Shown here piece after piece: positions 38,674 to 55,723 of a stretch of 64,000 nucleotides of DNA (the stretch's first letter is position 1; the number at the start of each line of letters is the position of its first letter). The DNA comes from Octopus sinensis (taxonomy: Eukaryota). Both the position numbers and the translations under genes were made by a program. The notes beneath the pieces are model-generated. The model searched no databases, was not told where the DNA came from, and saw only the letters and a list, made by a program, of their open reading frames with translations. The stretch covers positions 1-64,000 of the forward strand of contig NW_021832437.1 of assembly GCF_006345805.1 (NCBI RefSeq), written 5' to 3'.

Positions 38674-38744
38674 CATATATATATATATATATATGTGTAT
38701 GTGTGTGTGTGTATAGAAGGTTGAAAAGGAACACACAAGTTGAA

Positions 38745-38833
38745 ATATATGAAAAAAAGTCAAGGTAGAAAATGTTAAAAAAAATTTTATAAATAATTTT
38801 ATAAAATCATTTTAGCATTTTCTACCTTGATTT

Positions 38834-38844
<11 letters not shown>
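38745..38844. repeat. ~100 bp AT-rich palindrome
   Basis: ATATATGAAAAAAAGTCAAGGTAGAAAATGTTAAAA versus TTTTAGCATTTTCTACCTTGATTTTTTCATATAT. Confidence 0.8.
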
Positions 38845-38876
<32 letters not shown>

Positions 38877-38887
38877 ATATATATAAT

Positions 38888-38937
<50 letters not shown>

Positions 38938-38991
38938 ATAATTTTTTATATATAAAAAATAGAAAATGGGACAAGAACACAAAACATCCAG

Positions 38992-39110
38992 TTCTTTCTC
39001 TATTGGCAGAAATCTAGAAATAAACTGAATAATGACATACATACATACAAAAATATCCCGTTGATGTTGAAATTCCAATGAAGGAGCCTTGGATCTGGGT
39101 TAGAAATCGG
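38992..39110 (+). mobile_element. Head-to-tail pieces of the family T terminal module separated by (CATA)3
   Basis: The module end (..AAATAAACTGAATAATGA) precedes the module start (AAAAATATCCCGTTGATG..). Confidence 0.75.
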
Positions 39111-40589
39111 GTCAGCAGCAGTGGCGGTGCCAACGATGGCAATAACAACAACAACTACAACTACCACAATGGTAACACCGTAGCTGACAGCATGTGGATA
39201 AAACCCCATAGTTAGGGAATGGAAAAGGTAAGATCCAGGCTACATATGTTTCATAGCTAGCAGAATCTCGGAAGTAGTAATTACTCAAAGCAAGGGTAAT
39301 CCGCTAGCTACTCGTCGGGCCCAAGATACCTTAGTCAAATGAAGGTTACTTTGTCGTCAGGGGGTCCCATATTAACTCGTAGATTTGATGGTAAATGTGT
39401 GGAAAGTACAAAGTCGGAGAAGGAAAGGGAAAACGTATTTGATGAAATGATATGTGGGAGTAGTAAAAGTGGGAGTGTGTAAAAATCTGATTTGTTAAAG
39501 GAAATAATATATATATATGTGTGTGTCTTTGTGTATACAATGTTTCTACGCAAACAAACAAACAATGCAGACATGCACACAGGACACACATGCGCGCATA
39601 AATATATTGTCACTCCTCAACTTCATTATTCAGTTCGACATCGTAACTTCTGAATAGACTGGTCACACGAGAAAAAGGTAAGACTGTAATACTTCTCAAA
39701 TTTTTATACCTTTTATAATTCGCTGTTATAAGAAATCATTGAAGACTAGTGGGACCCGTGAATATTTTACGGAAATAATGGTAAACCTATTGCGTTATTT
39801 CTGAAAAGTTTATCCAAAGAACCTGAAAGCATAGCCTGTGTTGTGTCTGTGTGGAAAGATAGTTGCTCATCTGCCACTCTTTGAAATGTGTAAGAAATTG
39901 GAATACGATGATTACTTAATGCACTCAAAGTACTTTATGCACAATTTTATAGACTTGATACACAGAACTCATAGAATAAATATTCATTCTTATATTTCCA
40001 TTTTCTCCATAAGCAAAAAAAAAAAAAGAAAAAAAACCCCAAAAAAACACAAAAAACATGTATCTCTCATATGTGATAAAGCTTTTAGTTAAATTGCATA
40101 TTTAGGCCACGTGAATAAAAATACACGCTTCATTATCCACGCTTTCTCTCGCCCTCTATGCTTTCTCCGCCTTTTTCCTTAATTGCCTGAAAGCTCTACC
40201 GACAGGCTAAGTAACGTAGTGACAAGCAGAATTGCTATAAGATTTTTTCGGATGCCAAATGTAGACAGAATTACTTTTTTAATTATCGTCGTAGTATACA
40301 GTGATAAGAAGGTTAAACTTGCTTTACTTAGCTTAGATGACAATCTTTTGCTTTAAGAGACGTATCCAAACTTTCCATCAGCTAACTTTACAATTTCAGT
40401 AACATACAAGAGACGGATTTGACGATTTGTCTTCCATTTTAACTTCTTTGTTTAACTGATCTACGGAACTTGAAGGGCCGCAGATATCTTAATTTCCATA
40501 CTGTATTATTATGTTGTCAAGTTGTGGTGGGGAGACAAACACGGCGCAAGCGCAAATACACAAAGAAGTACACATAAATATGTATATAC

Positions 40590-40740
40590 AACGGGTTTCT
40601 TTCAGTTTCTGTCTACTGAATGCACTCACGGGGCTTTGATCGGCCCATAGCTAATGCAGAAGACATTTGCCCAAGGTGCCAAACTGTGGGAATGAACTCA
40701 AAACTATATTGCCAATAAGAAAGCTTCTTAACCACACACC
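40590..40740 (-). mobile_element. tRNA-derived SINE S2 head
   Basis: Homologous to 47600-47748. Confidence 0.65.
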
Positions 40741-41356
40741 CACACAATACTTTTGATACTATTAGGAAGTTTAAAGCTATTATGTGGTTTATATGAACCT
40801 GTTACTAGACACACATACACACACTTATACACACACAAACACACACACACACAGGTATATTGCTAATATCGTGGGGGGTTAATGTGATTATAAGTATTAA
40901 AGATAAAAACGAAACGAATGTTGAAGTTTGAATGCACATTTCTGACATGTCACTCGCCGAACAAGTATAACTGTTTGTGTGTATGGGGGTGAGAGAGAGA
41001 AGGAGTTTGTGTGTATTTGAGTGTATTATAATGCATTACGTTTGAACTTGTTTCGTACGTTTGTTACATGTTCCACTTTATATGAGTGTTTAAAACGTAG
41101 ACAGCATAGTAGAATTCATAGTAAATTAAATGGAATGAATAAGCAAAATATTGGATCTTGAGAATATAAAAGATAAAAAAGTTTTACATTGAAATGAAAT
41201 GAATGGTGTGGGGGTAGGGGGACGAAAAAAGTTTCAGGTGAGAAATATGATGTATCACACACCTCAGATGAATAAAATTTATGAATAATAAAAATACATA
41301 TGCATGTATTTATATACAAACAGAAGCATATATTTATATGTTAATAATAATAACAA

Positions 41357-41545
41357 TCGTTTCTACTACAGGCATAAAGCCTGAAATTTAGTGGGAGTGA
41401 GGCCAGTATACAACTGGTACTTAATTTATCGTCCACAATTAGATGAAAGGCAAAGTCGACCCCGGCGGAATTCGAACTCAGAACGTAACAACGAGCGAAA
41501 TACCGCTAAGCATTTCGCCAAGCGTTCTAACGATTCTGCAGTCTG
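41357..41545 (-). mobile_element. SINE S1
   Basis: S1 body with B-box; (AAT)n on the plus strand at its tail. Confidence 0.8.
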
Positions 41546-41594
41546 AAAGAATAATAATAACAATTATATATATATATATATATATAGTAATGAT

Positions 41595-42004
<410 letters not shown>

Positions 42005-42011
42005 GTGTGTA

Positions 42012-42385
42012 TACTAGCAGTATCGCCCGGCGTTGCTCAGGTTTGTAAGGGAAATAACTATAAAGCATTTTAGAGAGTTATAGCCAAAAAATAGCCAAAA
42101 AATGGAAAAAAAGATGTTAAATTTTTTTTTTGTGATTAAAAAAGGTGGTGTTGCGTCCCCTAGACAGTTTTTCGTTTGTGTTTCTGATTCTCAACCCCAT
42201 GTCGAATTTATCGATTTTTATCAGAACTGGGGGAACTTTTCAAAATTTTCCCTGCGTTAGTTTTGAATTATGACATTGGGCTATGTGTGTGTCAAGTTTC
42301 ATCAGAATCGGTTGAAAGCCGTGGTCAGGGTGAGGGTACAAGCAAACAGACACACAGAAACACGCACAGACAAACTGCCGTTTAT
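42012..42385 (+). mobile_element. Helentron-associated (HINE/DINE-1-like) element
   Basis: 5' ACTAGCAGTATCGCCCGGCGTTGCTC, AAGTTTCATCAGAATCGG, (GACA)-like tract and TTTATATATA end. Confidence 0.6.
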
Positions 42386-42492
42386 ATATATATATATAAT
42401 ATATATATATATATAATATATTATAAATATATAATAATAATATGTATGTATAGTAGTAATAACAATAATATATATATGTATGTTCGACGGGT

Positions 42493-42565
42493 CGTGTTCT
42501 GTCCTTACCTTCGAAACATGCATTGAGTCGAACCAGGGACAGCTGATGAAAGGGAATACTCCTTG
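42493..42565 (+). ncRNA. Candidate non-circularly permuted hammerhead ribozyme, copy 1
   Basis: CGTGT T CTGTCCTT AC CTTC GAAACATG ..14 nt.. AGGGACAG CTGATGA AAGGG. Stem I is 8 bp, stem III is 5 bp and stem II is weak. Confidence 0.42.
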
Positions 42566-42708
42566 TATTGTTTGTCTTGTACTCTGATTTTTCGTTGTTA
42601 AAAAAAGTCCGTTTCCTAGTTTGTTTTTATGTTTTCGTTTCTCGTTGAGTTCTACGTTTATTTGTGGTGTCCTGTACTCATATATATATATATATTATAT
42701 ATATATGT

Positions 42709-42769
<61 letters not shown>

Positions 42770-42805
42770 CACACATATATGTATGTATGCATATATTTTA
42801 TTTAT

Positions 42806-42888
<83 letters not shown>

Positions 42889-44274
42889 ACACACATATAT
42901 ATACACATCGACAAGTAACAAAGATGTCCAGATGTCAATTTATTACGACTGTTTCAAGCAGTTCCTTTAATTGATTAAGGAAAACACTACATCAATCGGA
43001 AAGAAGCCGTTCTCGTTAGGTGAGCGTATAAACTTCAAACTTAAGGATGTAACCATTTAAAAAACATATTTACATTAATAATGGAACTCAAAATATTTAC
43101 ATTGTTTCTTTTGTCATATCTGTGGCAGAATGAATTTAGAAAACAATGCATATCACGCCAAGCTTACTATAATTTAGAGAGTAGCAGAGGAAATAGTAGG
43201 GCTCAGGATAAAATGAGTGGTGATCTAGTTACTTATATTTCGAAGACATTATATAGAATTTAGTCTTCAAACATTTAGAATAAATTCTATTGAGTGCTGA
43301 CGACTGTATTCTTATTGATGGCGATAAATCAATTACTGTCAGACGATCTACTAGACTCTCAATGTCCTGGAACCATATATCTAGCTTTATCTACACAGAA
43401 GTGTAGGTTGTAGGTTAGTAGAAATGGGAAGGGGTGATAGATGGAAGAAAGAATGATAGGGGCGGCCAGTACTTATTTGTAGGATTAAATTAAATGAGGA
43501 TATAATGAAAAACTAAAAGAGATAAGTAATATAAACTTTAGGGGTGGAAATTAGAATTGAAGGATACGGGAGGTAGTAATTTATATCATAGCAAATTTAT
43601 ATTAAATTAATATAAATTAATTTAAATCAATATATAAAATAAGGATAGAAATTAAATTTAAAACTTAATAATAGGATACTTTAATATATAAGAAAAGACT
43701 ACTAAGACTTTTTCTAAGCATAGTGTTTAGAAGGTCATAGAAAAACCTTAACCAGTTTTGGTATATAGACAATGAATATTTTATATGATTAAAAAATTTA
43801 CTAAAATAAGGATTTCCGTATCTAGTAAATTATATAAAAAAGATCTTATAAATTGTCAAAAATAATTTATAAAATATAAACACTAAGAAAGTATATGAAA
43901 GGATATACAAAGGTATAAAAACGTCAAATACAAATATAAAAATTTATAAAACATGTGTGATTACTATATTAAAAAAATATATATAGCATTAAGTGTAATT
44001 ACAATATAAAAAATATATTGTATACAGTGAGTTTTATGAGTTTGATGAAAAGGAATTATAAACTGCAAAACCCTTTATAAGATATAGAAGCTATACAAAT
44101 GTATAAAAGGGTATATAAATACATAAAAATTTAATAATATAAAATATAAAAAATATAGAAATTTTATAAACATTTTACAAAAATTTAATAAAAATTTTAT
44201 GAAATATTTCCTTACAGAATGATAGATAAGGATAAATTAAAATGAAATAAGGATTATTTTATAAATTATAATAT

Positions 44275-44908
44275 GGATCTTTTCCTTTTGAATGGCTGAC
44301 AATTTCTAGTTAACTAAACACTTTAAAACTTCGTATACTGGTAGAATGTGTTAACACAAAAGATTTTTTCTCTTGACTTTCTTGAGAAAATTGTAATTTA
44401 TTTGTTTAACGTAGTTTAATTTTTCGAATTTTAACCAATCCTATGCTCCCTTTTGAGCTAAAATCATTTGCTGCGTCTAAAACTGAGACAACATCCTGTA
44501 ACTAACCCTAAACCTCCCCCCTAACCCTAAATTTCTTTTTCTTAATTCATTCTTAAATTAATTTAATTGTTACGCGTGTAAAAAAAAAACTAAAGCAATA
44601 GAATTAAATTAATTTAACAATTAAGAAAAAACAATTTAAGGTTAGGAGGGAGGTTTAGGGTTAGTTACAGGATGTTGTCTCAGTTTTAGACGCAGCAAAT
44701 GATTTTAGTTGAATGGAGGTAATCGATTGGTTAAAATTGCCGAAATGCTCGGATTTTCAGACGAAATATCTTGCAAACTATAGAATTTTCTCAATAAAAC
44801 CAAGAGAAAATGATGTTTTATAAACACATTCTACCAGTATACGAAGTTTAAAAGTGTTTAGTTAACTAAAAATTGTGTTGACATCTGCCGTTCAAAAGGA
44901 AAAGATCC
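44275..44908. mobile_element. Palindromic (fold-back) MITE-like element
   Basis: Arms start GGATCTTTTCCTTTTGAA and end TTCAAAAGGAAAAGATCC. A ~60 bp perfect inner match lies at 44458-44517 versus 44648-44708. Confidence 0.82.
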
Positions 44909-44999
44909 TATAATATAAATTATATTGGAATATCGAAAAGAATTCTTAGACATGTTATTATTATTAATTCAGTATAAAATAAAATTGTATGTGTAAAAT

Positions 45000-47300
45000 A
45001 TTAACGGAAATGAAAAATAAAGCTACCTTAGAGTATCATGTGTTTATGAGATTAACCCGTAGTTTGAAGTACATTAGAAACAGGTAATAATAAGGATTTG
45101 GTAGCATTTTGGTAGCATGAGTTATCCGGGATATCATATCAATCATAGCGTACACTCTGTTATCTCAAAATCTATTCAACATTGTTTTTCTAATAACCTT
45201 TATCCCCTTTGATATATAAACCTGCAATAATTAAATCGTATATTTACCACTTCAGTATAAATTTTAATCAGTATAAATTTTACAATATGTTACTAACTAT
45301 CGCACATCCCCTGAGTATAAGGTACACGCCCTAAGAACAGGGTTTTCGTTATGGTCTAAAGTTTTGGGTTCGATGCTGCAGCTATGTATGTGTTGGGCGC
45401 TCGTGTATTCAGAATTGTTTCGGTGTATATTTTGATAATAGAGAGAAAATTTTCGTCTATCAGAGGCTGTTACGATAGACTCAAAGTTGGGCGGGGAAGA
45501 GTAGAATAGCTTTAGGGTAGATCTATTAAAAATAGAGTAATATTTATGCTGACGAGGGAAGTTGGAGTTTAAAATATTAAAACAGGATTTGGCTAAGTTC
45601 TTAACATTTAGTGAGAAGGGAGGTGTATACCATAGAATAGAGTGTCTACCGCTTCGTTTTGGTTGCTTAGGGATAGTATGATCTGTATTTTTAGAAATTA
45701 GAGTGAGTTATATGGCCCGTTATTGTTAGCTTTTGACCTAATGTTATATGTGTACGTATGGGGTCTAAGCTGTCTTAATCTGTGTACTTCTGGGATTCTA
45801 GTATAGTACACGAATGGTCTGCTATGGTTATGGTGGTTAGCATGTGTTGATATGACTTGGGATATATGTTGCTTGAGCTTAGTATTAGACGTTAATTTTA
45901 TTTGTTGGGAGAAGCCGCTGGCTGCGAGTGCTTGGTTGCAATAAGGCACGTGGTTATTGAATATTTCTTCAGTGTCTGAGAGGCTAGATATACGAATTGA
46001 GATATCCTTAACTATATTATCAAAGGTGGATTTGTGGTGACTGGAATTAATGTTTAAGTACCCATGGTACTGGTTGAGTTTATGATATGGGGAGTATTGG
46101 GAGGTTTCTAAGTTTAAAGTTACGTCTAAAAAATTAGCGGTTTTATGGGAATTCTCAAAAGTAAAGTATAGGTTGAGATTGGACAAAAATTTGTACAGGT
46201 CTTTCCTACTTCGTTCTTAGGAGGATTTATTACCACCCTTGGTGATTAGCAAAGCGTCATCTCTGTATAGGCTTCCCTTGATATTAGGGAAATGTGTTCG
46301 GAGCTGATGGAGTGAGTATAGTTCAATGAGGTCCGTGACCTGGGAAGAGTCGGATGATACCATAGTAATGTCAAAGCATTTGCTATAGTTATTGTTAGTG
46401 TTATAGTGGTTGGCCCGGCACCAGAATTAGTCCTCGAAATGAATAAGAGATTTTCAGGTATTAAGAATTATGTTAATTTCTAGTGGGGTTAGGTTAGTTA
46501 GATGCCTGGCTAGAAGGAGGGCTTGATTTAGAAGTTTTGGAGAAATAAATGAATAGTAATTATTTATATTGAATTTTGTGAATGAAGACAAATTAAGAAA
46601 TGGAACCATATTATGACTTTACCTGTACTGGACCATAGGTTGACGTTTAATTACTCCTTGTTAATTGGTATTATTTTATCCAGAATGTTCTTGCTTATTC
46701 TTCCCAGGTAAGATTTGGTAGGGCATATAAGGCGTATAGATGGTTTGGTTATGAAGTCTTTCTTTTGATCCTTAAGGTTGAAGTGTAGAGATGTAGCGCA
46801 GTAGGGTTCTGTGCGATCGTCCACGTGTAGTTTGTTCATTATCTTGCATTGGCTGGTATTGATAATGTCATGGGCAGACGTCGGGACCAATTTATATGAT
46901 TTGTATAGTTTTTTTTTGAAGAACGTGATGTATTCCTCGATAGTAATAGAATACATGTTTCCCGTTTTATCTGAGAAGACGCGTAATTTAGGTGATGAAG
47001 TGATCCGTTTTATAGTTTGGGTTAGTTTTTTTTGAAAGGGGATTTATAGTTAGGGAATTTAATGTTCCTTATCATATGAAGTTTATCTGCTTCGAATTTG
47101 TCGAGTTGGGGATTTTGTGGAATATTTTTATAGGATCGAACATTGTTTGTATTGGTGCTATTATCACTCCGGTTGTTACCGTTGTTGTGGAAGGTTTTCC
47201 ACCACATTCTTCGGATGAAGTCCTTAGTGTTGATGAGTAAGAGTAAGCCAAAAGGTTTTGCGTGAAGGAATAGGTATGTCCTTAAGGGAAATGTCAAGGA
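45000..47300 (-). mobile_element. Degraded Penelope-like element (RT region to GIY-YIG)
   Basis: PSIRLICPTKSYLGRISKNILDKI; TANFLDVTLNL..YSPYHKLN..YLNINSSH. Confidence 0.78.
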
Positions 47301-47309
47301 ATTATTCTT

Positions 47310-47542
47310 TTACTTTTTTCAGTCATGTGACTGTGGCCATGCTGGAGCACCGCCTTAAGTCGAGCAAATCGACCCCAGGACTTATTCTTTGTAAGCCTAG
47401 TACTTATTCTATCGGTCTCCTTTGCAGAACCGCTAAATTACTGGGACGTAAACACACCAGCACCGGTTGTCAAGCGATGTTGGGGGGACAAACACAGACA
47501 CACAAACATACATATACACACACACATACGCACACACACACA

Positions 47543-47590
<48 letters not shown>

Positions 47591-47748
47591 CGTATATACG
47601 ACGGGATTCTTTCAGTTTCCGTCTACCAAATCCACTCACAAGGCTTTGGTCGGCCCGAGGCTATAGTAAAAGACAGTTGCCCAAGGTGCCACGCAGTGGG
47701 ACTGAACCCGGAACTATGTGGTTCGTAAGCAAGCTACTTACCACAAGC
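47310..47748 (-). mobile_element. SINE S2 with internal (TA)/(CA) microsatellite
   Basis: tRNA-like head (GTGGTAAGTAGC..GGGTTCAGTCCC) and ACCTTGGGCAA box, microsatellite at 47500-47600, then the 3' body. Confidence 0.72.
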
Positions 47749-47793
47749 ATTACTTGTAATAAGTGCTTGTATAACCAAAGAAGCAATAATATC

Positions 47794-48732
<939 letters not shown>

Positions 48733-48849
48733 GTGTGTGTGTGTGGTGTGTGTGTGCGTGTGTGTGTGCTTGTGTGTGTAACCTTGATAACTTTGATTGG
48801 TTTTGATCAGTTTTGGCTCAAGTCATGTCTAACTTAATAGCACCACCTG

Positions 48850-50290
48850 GTGAAGTCTTTTAGTTACACATGGGGCACCATGGCCTACTATAGCAAAGAG
48901 TTATTATTTGTTGGAGACATATCCGGGTGTAGAAGGTTGGTCCGGGATTTTTTGAAGAAATTTGTCCAGTGAACATTTGGATTTTATGGGATCAGTTTCC
49001 GTTGTGACGTATTTTGATTTGGTGTTAAAGAAAGCTGGACCAGTTGAGGTAAAGTAGTTGTGACGTAATGTTGTTATGTATCCCGAGTTCGATTTTTGAA
49101 TTGGTCGGTTAGCACGGGGGCCAAGTCTCGGGCGAATTTTGAAATTGATGCTAACATAATTTGTGCAAAATCAATGGAATATTTTCCACATCACGCAAAT
49201 GATGTAGCGCTCCCGGCGGCCTTGGAAGGAGTAGCGATTGAGTTTTTTAGTCGACCTCAATAGTCAATCCCTATGGTACTGTCTATATTTCTTGTTATTG
49301 ACTTCTGGAGTGCTTTCACTTTCATAGTGAGTTGTTTCGTGTGGGGAGACCACTGTAGGCAACAATATTAAAGGTGGGGTCGGGCAAAAGTAGAGTAGAG
49401 AAGGATGAAGGTGTGGGCATGTCTAGATCGGAAAATTCTCGGGATGCAGGAGCACATCTTGTGGGCAAAGTGAACCTTGCTATTTACGTGGGAAGTCCAG
49501 CTTAGATTGTTATCCACAATTTCTCCAAGGTCTCTGGTGTTGACACTAGGAAGTCGACCAAGGAACGGTATATAGTAATTTCAGAGTATCCTCTTTTCCA
49601 AAGTGGACCAAATTATATTTATATTCATTTAGAAGCATATTGTTCTTTTCCACCCATTGGACAACAACAGACAAATCCGACTGAAGGTATGTTCGGTCTC
49701 CCATACCGTTTATCGCCTTCTGGAGTTTCCAATCAACTGCAATGATTTTCAGTGTTGAATGTTTGATGATGCCTGCTGTCTTTGATGTAGATAGTGAAGA
49801 GGAGTGTGCTCAGCACAGTACCTTGTGGGGCACCACTAATGACTTTGGCTGAGCTTGATCGGATTCCTTCAAACACAAAATGTCAGGTTTTGTTTGTCAG
49901 GAAACACTTTATCCACTGCGGCAGCTTACCACAGACTCCAATAGTGGACAATTTCTTCAGCAGGATTTTGTGGTCCACTCTGTCAAATGCCTTGCTGAAA
50001 TCAAGGTATATGATATCAGTGTTGGAGCCTTCACCCAAAGCTTTTAAAATGTCATCAAAATAGTGCAGAAGCTGCCATCACGGAAGCCATGCTGGTTGGG
50101 TTCAGCAGATTGTTGTCTTCGTGGAAGTGAGTTATTCGCAATCTCACCACCCTCTCAAATACTTTAATGGTATGAGAAGTGAGTGAAATCGGACGGTAGT
50201 TCGCTACAAGAGATTTATTTTCCTTTGTGAAAACTGGAACGACAGACTGGGAAAGAAAATGATCAGGAGTGTAGCTTACGTCAAGTGAGT
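48850..50290 (-). mobile_element. Degraded CR1-group LINE, RT to 3' end
   Basis: YRPISLTSH; QHGFR; YLDFSKAFDRVDH; GAPQGTVLSTLLFTIY. Confidence 0.85.
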
Positions 50291-50439
50291 TGCTCCATAT
50301 ATATGTATAATATATACATATATATATAGTCTGAAATTTATAGTGTTAATTGTCTATTATGGATGGTACATTACTCAAAGAAATACCAACTTTGTCTGAT
50401 TTTCACGCTCTATTTACAATCTTAAAAAGATATAATATA

Positions 50440-53290
<2,851 letters not shown>

Positions 53291-53483
53291 CTCAGGCTGA
53301 ATGCGAACTCAACAAACGATCGTTATGTGTATTTTCAAAATCATGCTGTAGTGCAGTCAAATTCGAGTTTTTCGCTTTTTCTTCCTCGTTTTTTGTCCGA
53401 CTATGACATGTGCACACTCTCGCTAACTGAAAGCTTCATATCATGTGCCTGCTGTTCGTTTCTGATGTTTCAATAAAAAGTTC

Positions 53484-53950
53484 TTACTTAGTTAGTTAGT
53501 TAATTTTTTGGCTCAAAAAGCAAAAAGCAAGGCCATGTAGGGGGACATGGAGTTATGTGCAGGGTGGTGTTCATGTAAAGAGTTCAGGCCACTTGTGGTC
53601 AAGGGAGACTTTGAACCGAGCGGTCGTCGGCATCTTCACTATCTCGTCCGGCAGCTTATTCCACGGATCCGCAACCCGGATGGAGAAAGCCCCTCTCCTT
53701 CGATTGAGATGAAATCGTCGCAGATAGAGCTTTTTCGGAGTGACCCCACAGCCGACGCTCTGGAGCAGGAGAGAAGAACAGCTCTTTCGAGAGGTTACAC
53801 TTTCCGCTTATGACGTTGTGAGCAAGAATGAGATCACCACGGCGTCGTCGTTTTTCTAGAGAATAAAGGTCGAGCGTCTTTAAGGTAGTGCAGAAACACT
53901 GTATTACTCGTGAGTTCTAGCCTTGAATTATCTTAGGTACCGGTGTGCTT
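53484..53950 (-). mobile_element. CR1-group LINE 3' fragment with (CTAA)n tail
   Basis: Minus frame FSIRVADPWNKLP; (TTAG)n on the plus strand at 53484-53502. Confidence 0.78.
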
Positions 53951-55129
53951 CTATTTGTTTAGCTATAAAATGGGGTAAGAACAAAACTCAGGCTTTTTAC
54001 AGATAAAGATTGCTTCATTTTGTGCTAAATTCCTTTCTTTGTTCTCGGAAATTATGTTCGCCTTTCCATCGCATTTTTTAACGCGTTTAACTGAGCCTCT
54101 GCAGATTCTGAGCTCACCCAGAGGTGCAGCTGCACTGGGTAATTAATCATCGCAAATTTGGCGGCTTTGTTGAAGATGAAGGGGGAGCATGTTAGAAAAT
54201 CGATAAAGACCACCATGAAAGCAAACCTTCACAAACAAAATGAAATGAATAATCAGGGCTGACAAAGTTTTCAAATTTCCTGGTAAGCGGAAAAATGTGA
54301 CTGAGAATTAATTAGCATCTCAGTTTTCACTCGTATCTCAAAACACAAAAGCATGAAATTTCGCTTAAGAAAATCTTTGTATCTTAGTTCATTCATACCT
54401 CAAGTTAGGGCTAAAAGAAAAGGTTGCAGTCAATTTAAATGCGGAAACCTGCAAGGAATAGTTTTATTGAGTTTCCACTGATTGATTGGCAATTTTGTTA
54501 AACTCGAATCAAATTAAGATTTCTTGCACCAAAAGGATCACTCTGATAACCCTATGCCCCTGCTGTGTAGGTAGCAAATGATTCGATCTAAGGCTGAATG
54601 CAAACAAATAAACGTTTTTTTAATGAAAATCCCTTGGGTGGGGATCAACTTACCCATTTTAATTTTTAATCCTACTTGAATAAAACATCCTGGGCTCTGG
54701 CTGGATAACTTAAATCAACCGAATGCATAAAAGTAAAGCCCTTCCTAAACAGATTCATTGAATAGGCTCCAACTCTTTTATGGCATACTTAAGGAATGAT
54801 AGCATATCAAGTATATTTGGTCTTTCATGAAAATCCTGCTCTCTTGTCATTCACTTGGTCTAACTCGTTAATTATTCCCTGCATTTCTCAAATCAAAAAA
54901 GCGTGCACCTTTGGAAGCCAAAACACATGATAACGCGTCTTCGCAAAACACAAAAATGCGCTGATTCAGACAGACTGTCTGCAAATGCGCACGCGCAATC
55001 AACTGTCAAGGGTAAAATTATCTCCGTTCAATCAAAAAACAGCTGGCAGTCTATTGGCGTATCTAGCTGTACGCACGCACCGCGTACAAATTTCTATGTT
55101 TTAGCGATTTTGAATGGATATGTCCATAA

Positions 55130-55340
55130 CTGATGGGCATAAGGGGTCGCTTTATAGATTTTTAAAAGGCTTTCTGGGGTTACTGGGGAAATGAAAAGAT
55201 CTTCACGACCACCCTCAGACAGTTTTAAAAGCCCATAGAAAATGCGAGCCGTTTACGTGAAAAACTGTGGATTTGTATAAAGGACATACAGACACACAGA
55301 CACATAGATACACAGACATTTTGCCGTTTATAGATATAGA
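55130..55340 (+). mobile_element. HINE-like 3' portion
   Basis: GACATACAGACACACAGAC tract then GCCGTTTATAGATATAGA, similar to 42340-42385. Confidence 0.5.
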
Positions 55341-55564
55341 GATATAACATAATATAATATAATATAATATAATATAATATAATATAATATAATATAATAT
55401 AATATAATATAATATGAGATAATATAATATATTATCTTATATTATTATAAGATTGTGAATAAAACGTGAAAACCAGACACTTGGAATTTCTTTGAATAAT
55501 ACATTCTTCTATACACAATCATGCATACCCGTGTATATATATATATATATATATATATACACAA

Positions 55565-55667
<103 letters not shown>

Positions 55668-55723
55668 CGTTAGTCCATGTATGTATGCATGTATAGAGTG
55701 CCTGAAGTGGTGCACAGATGTTG

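Noticed and set aside
44500-44665. Interstitial telomere
   Set aside because: Only 2-3 imperfect TTAGGG units inside a palindromic element.
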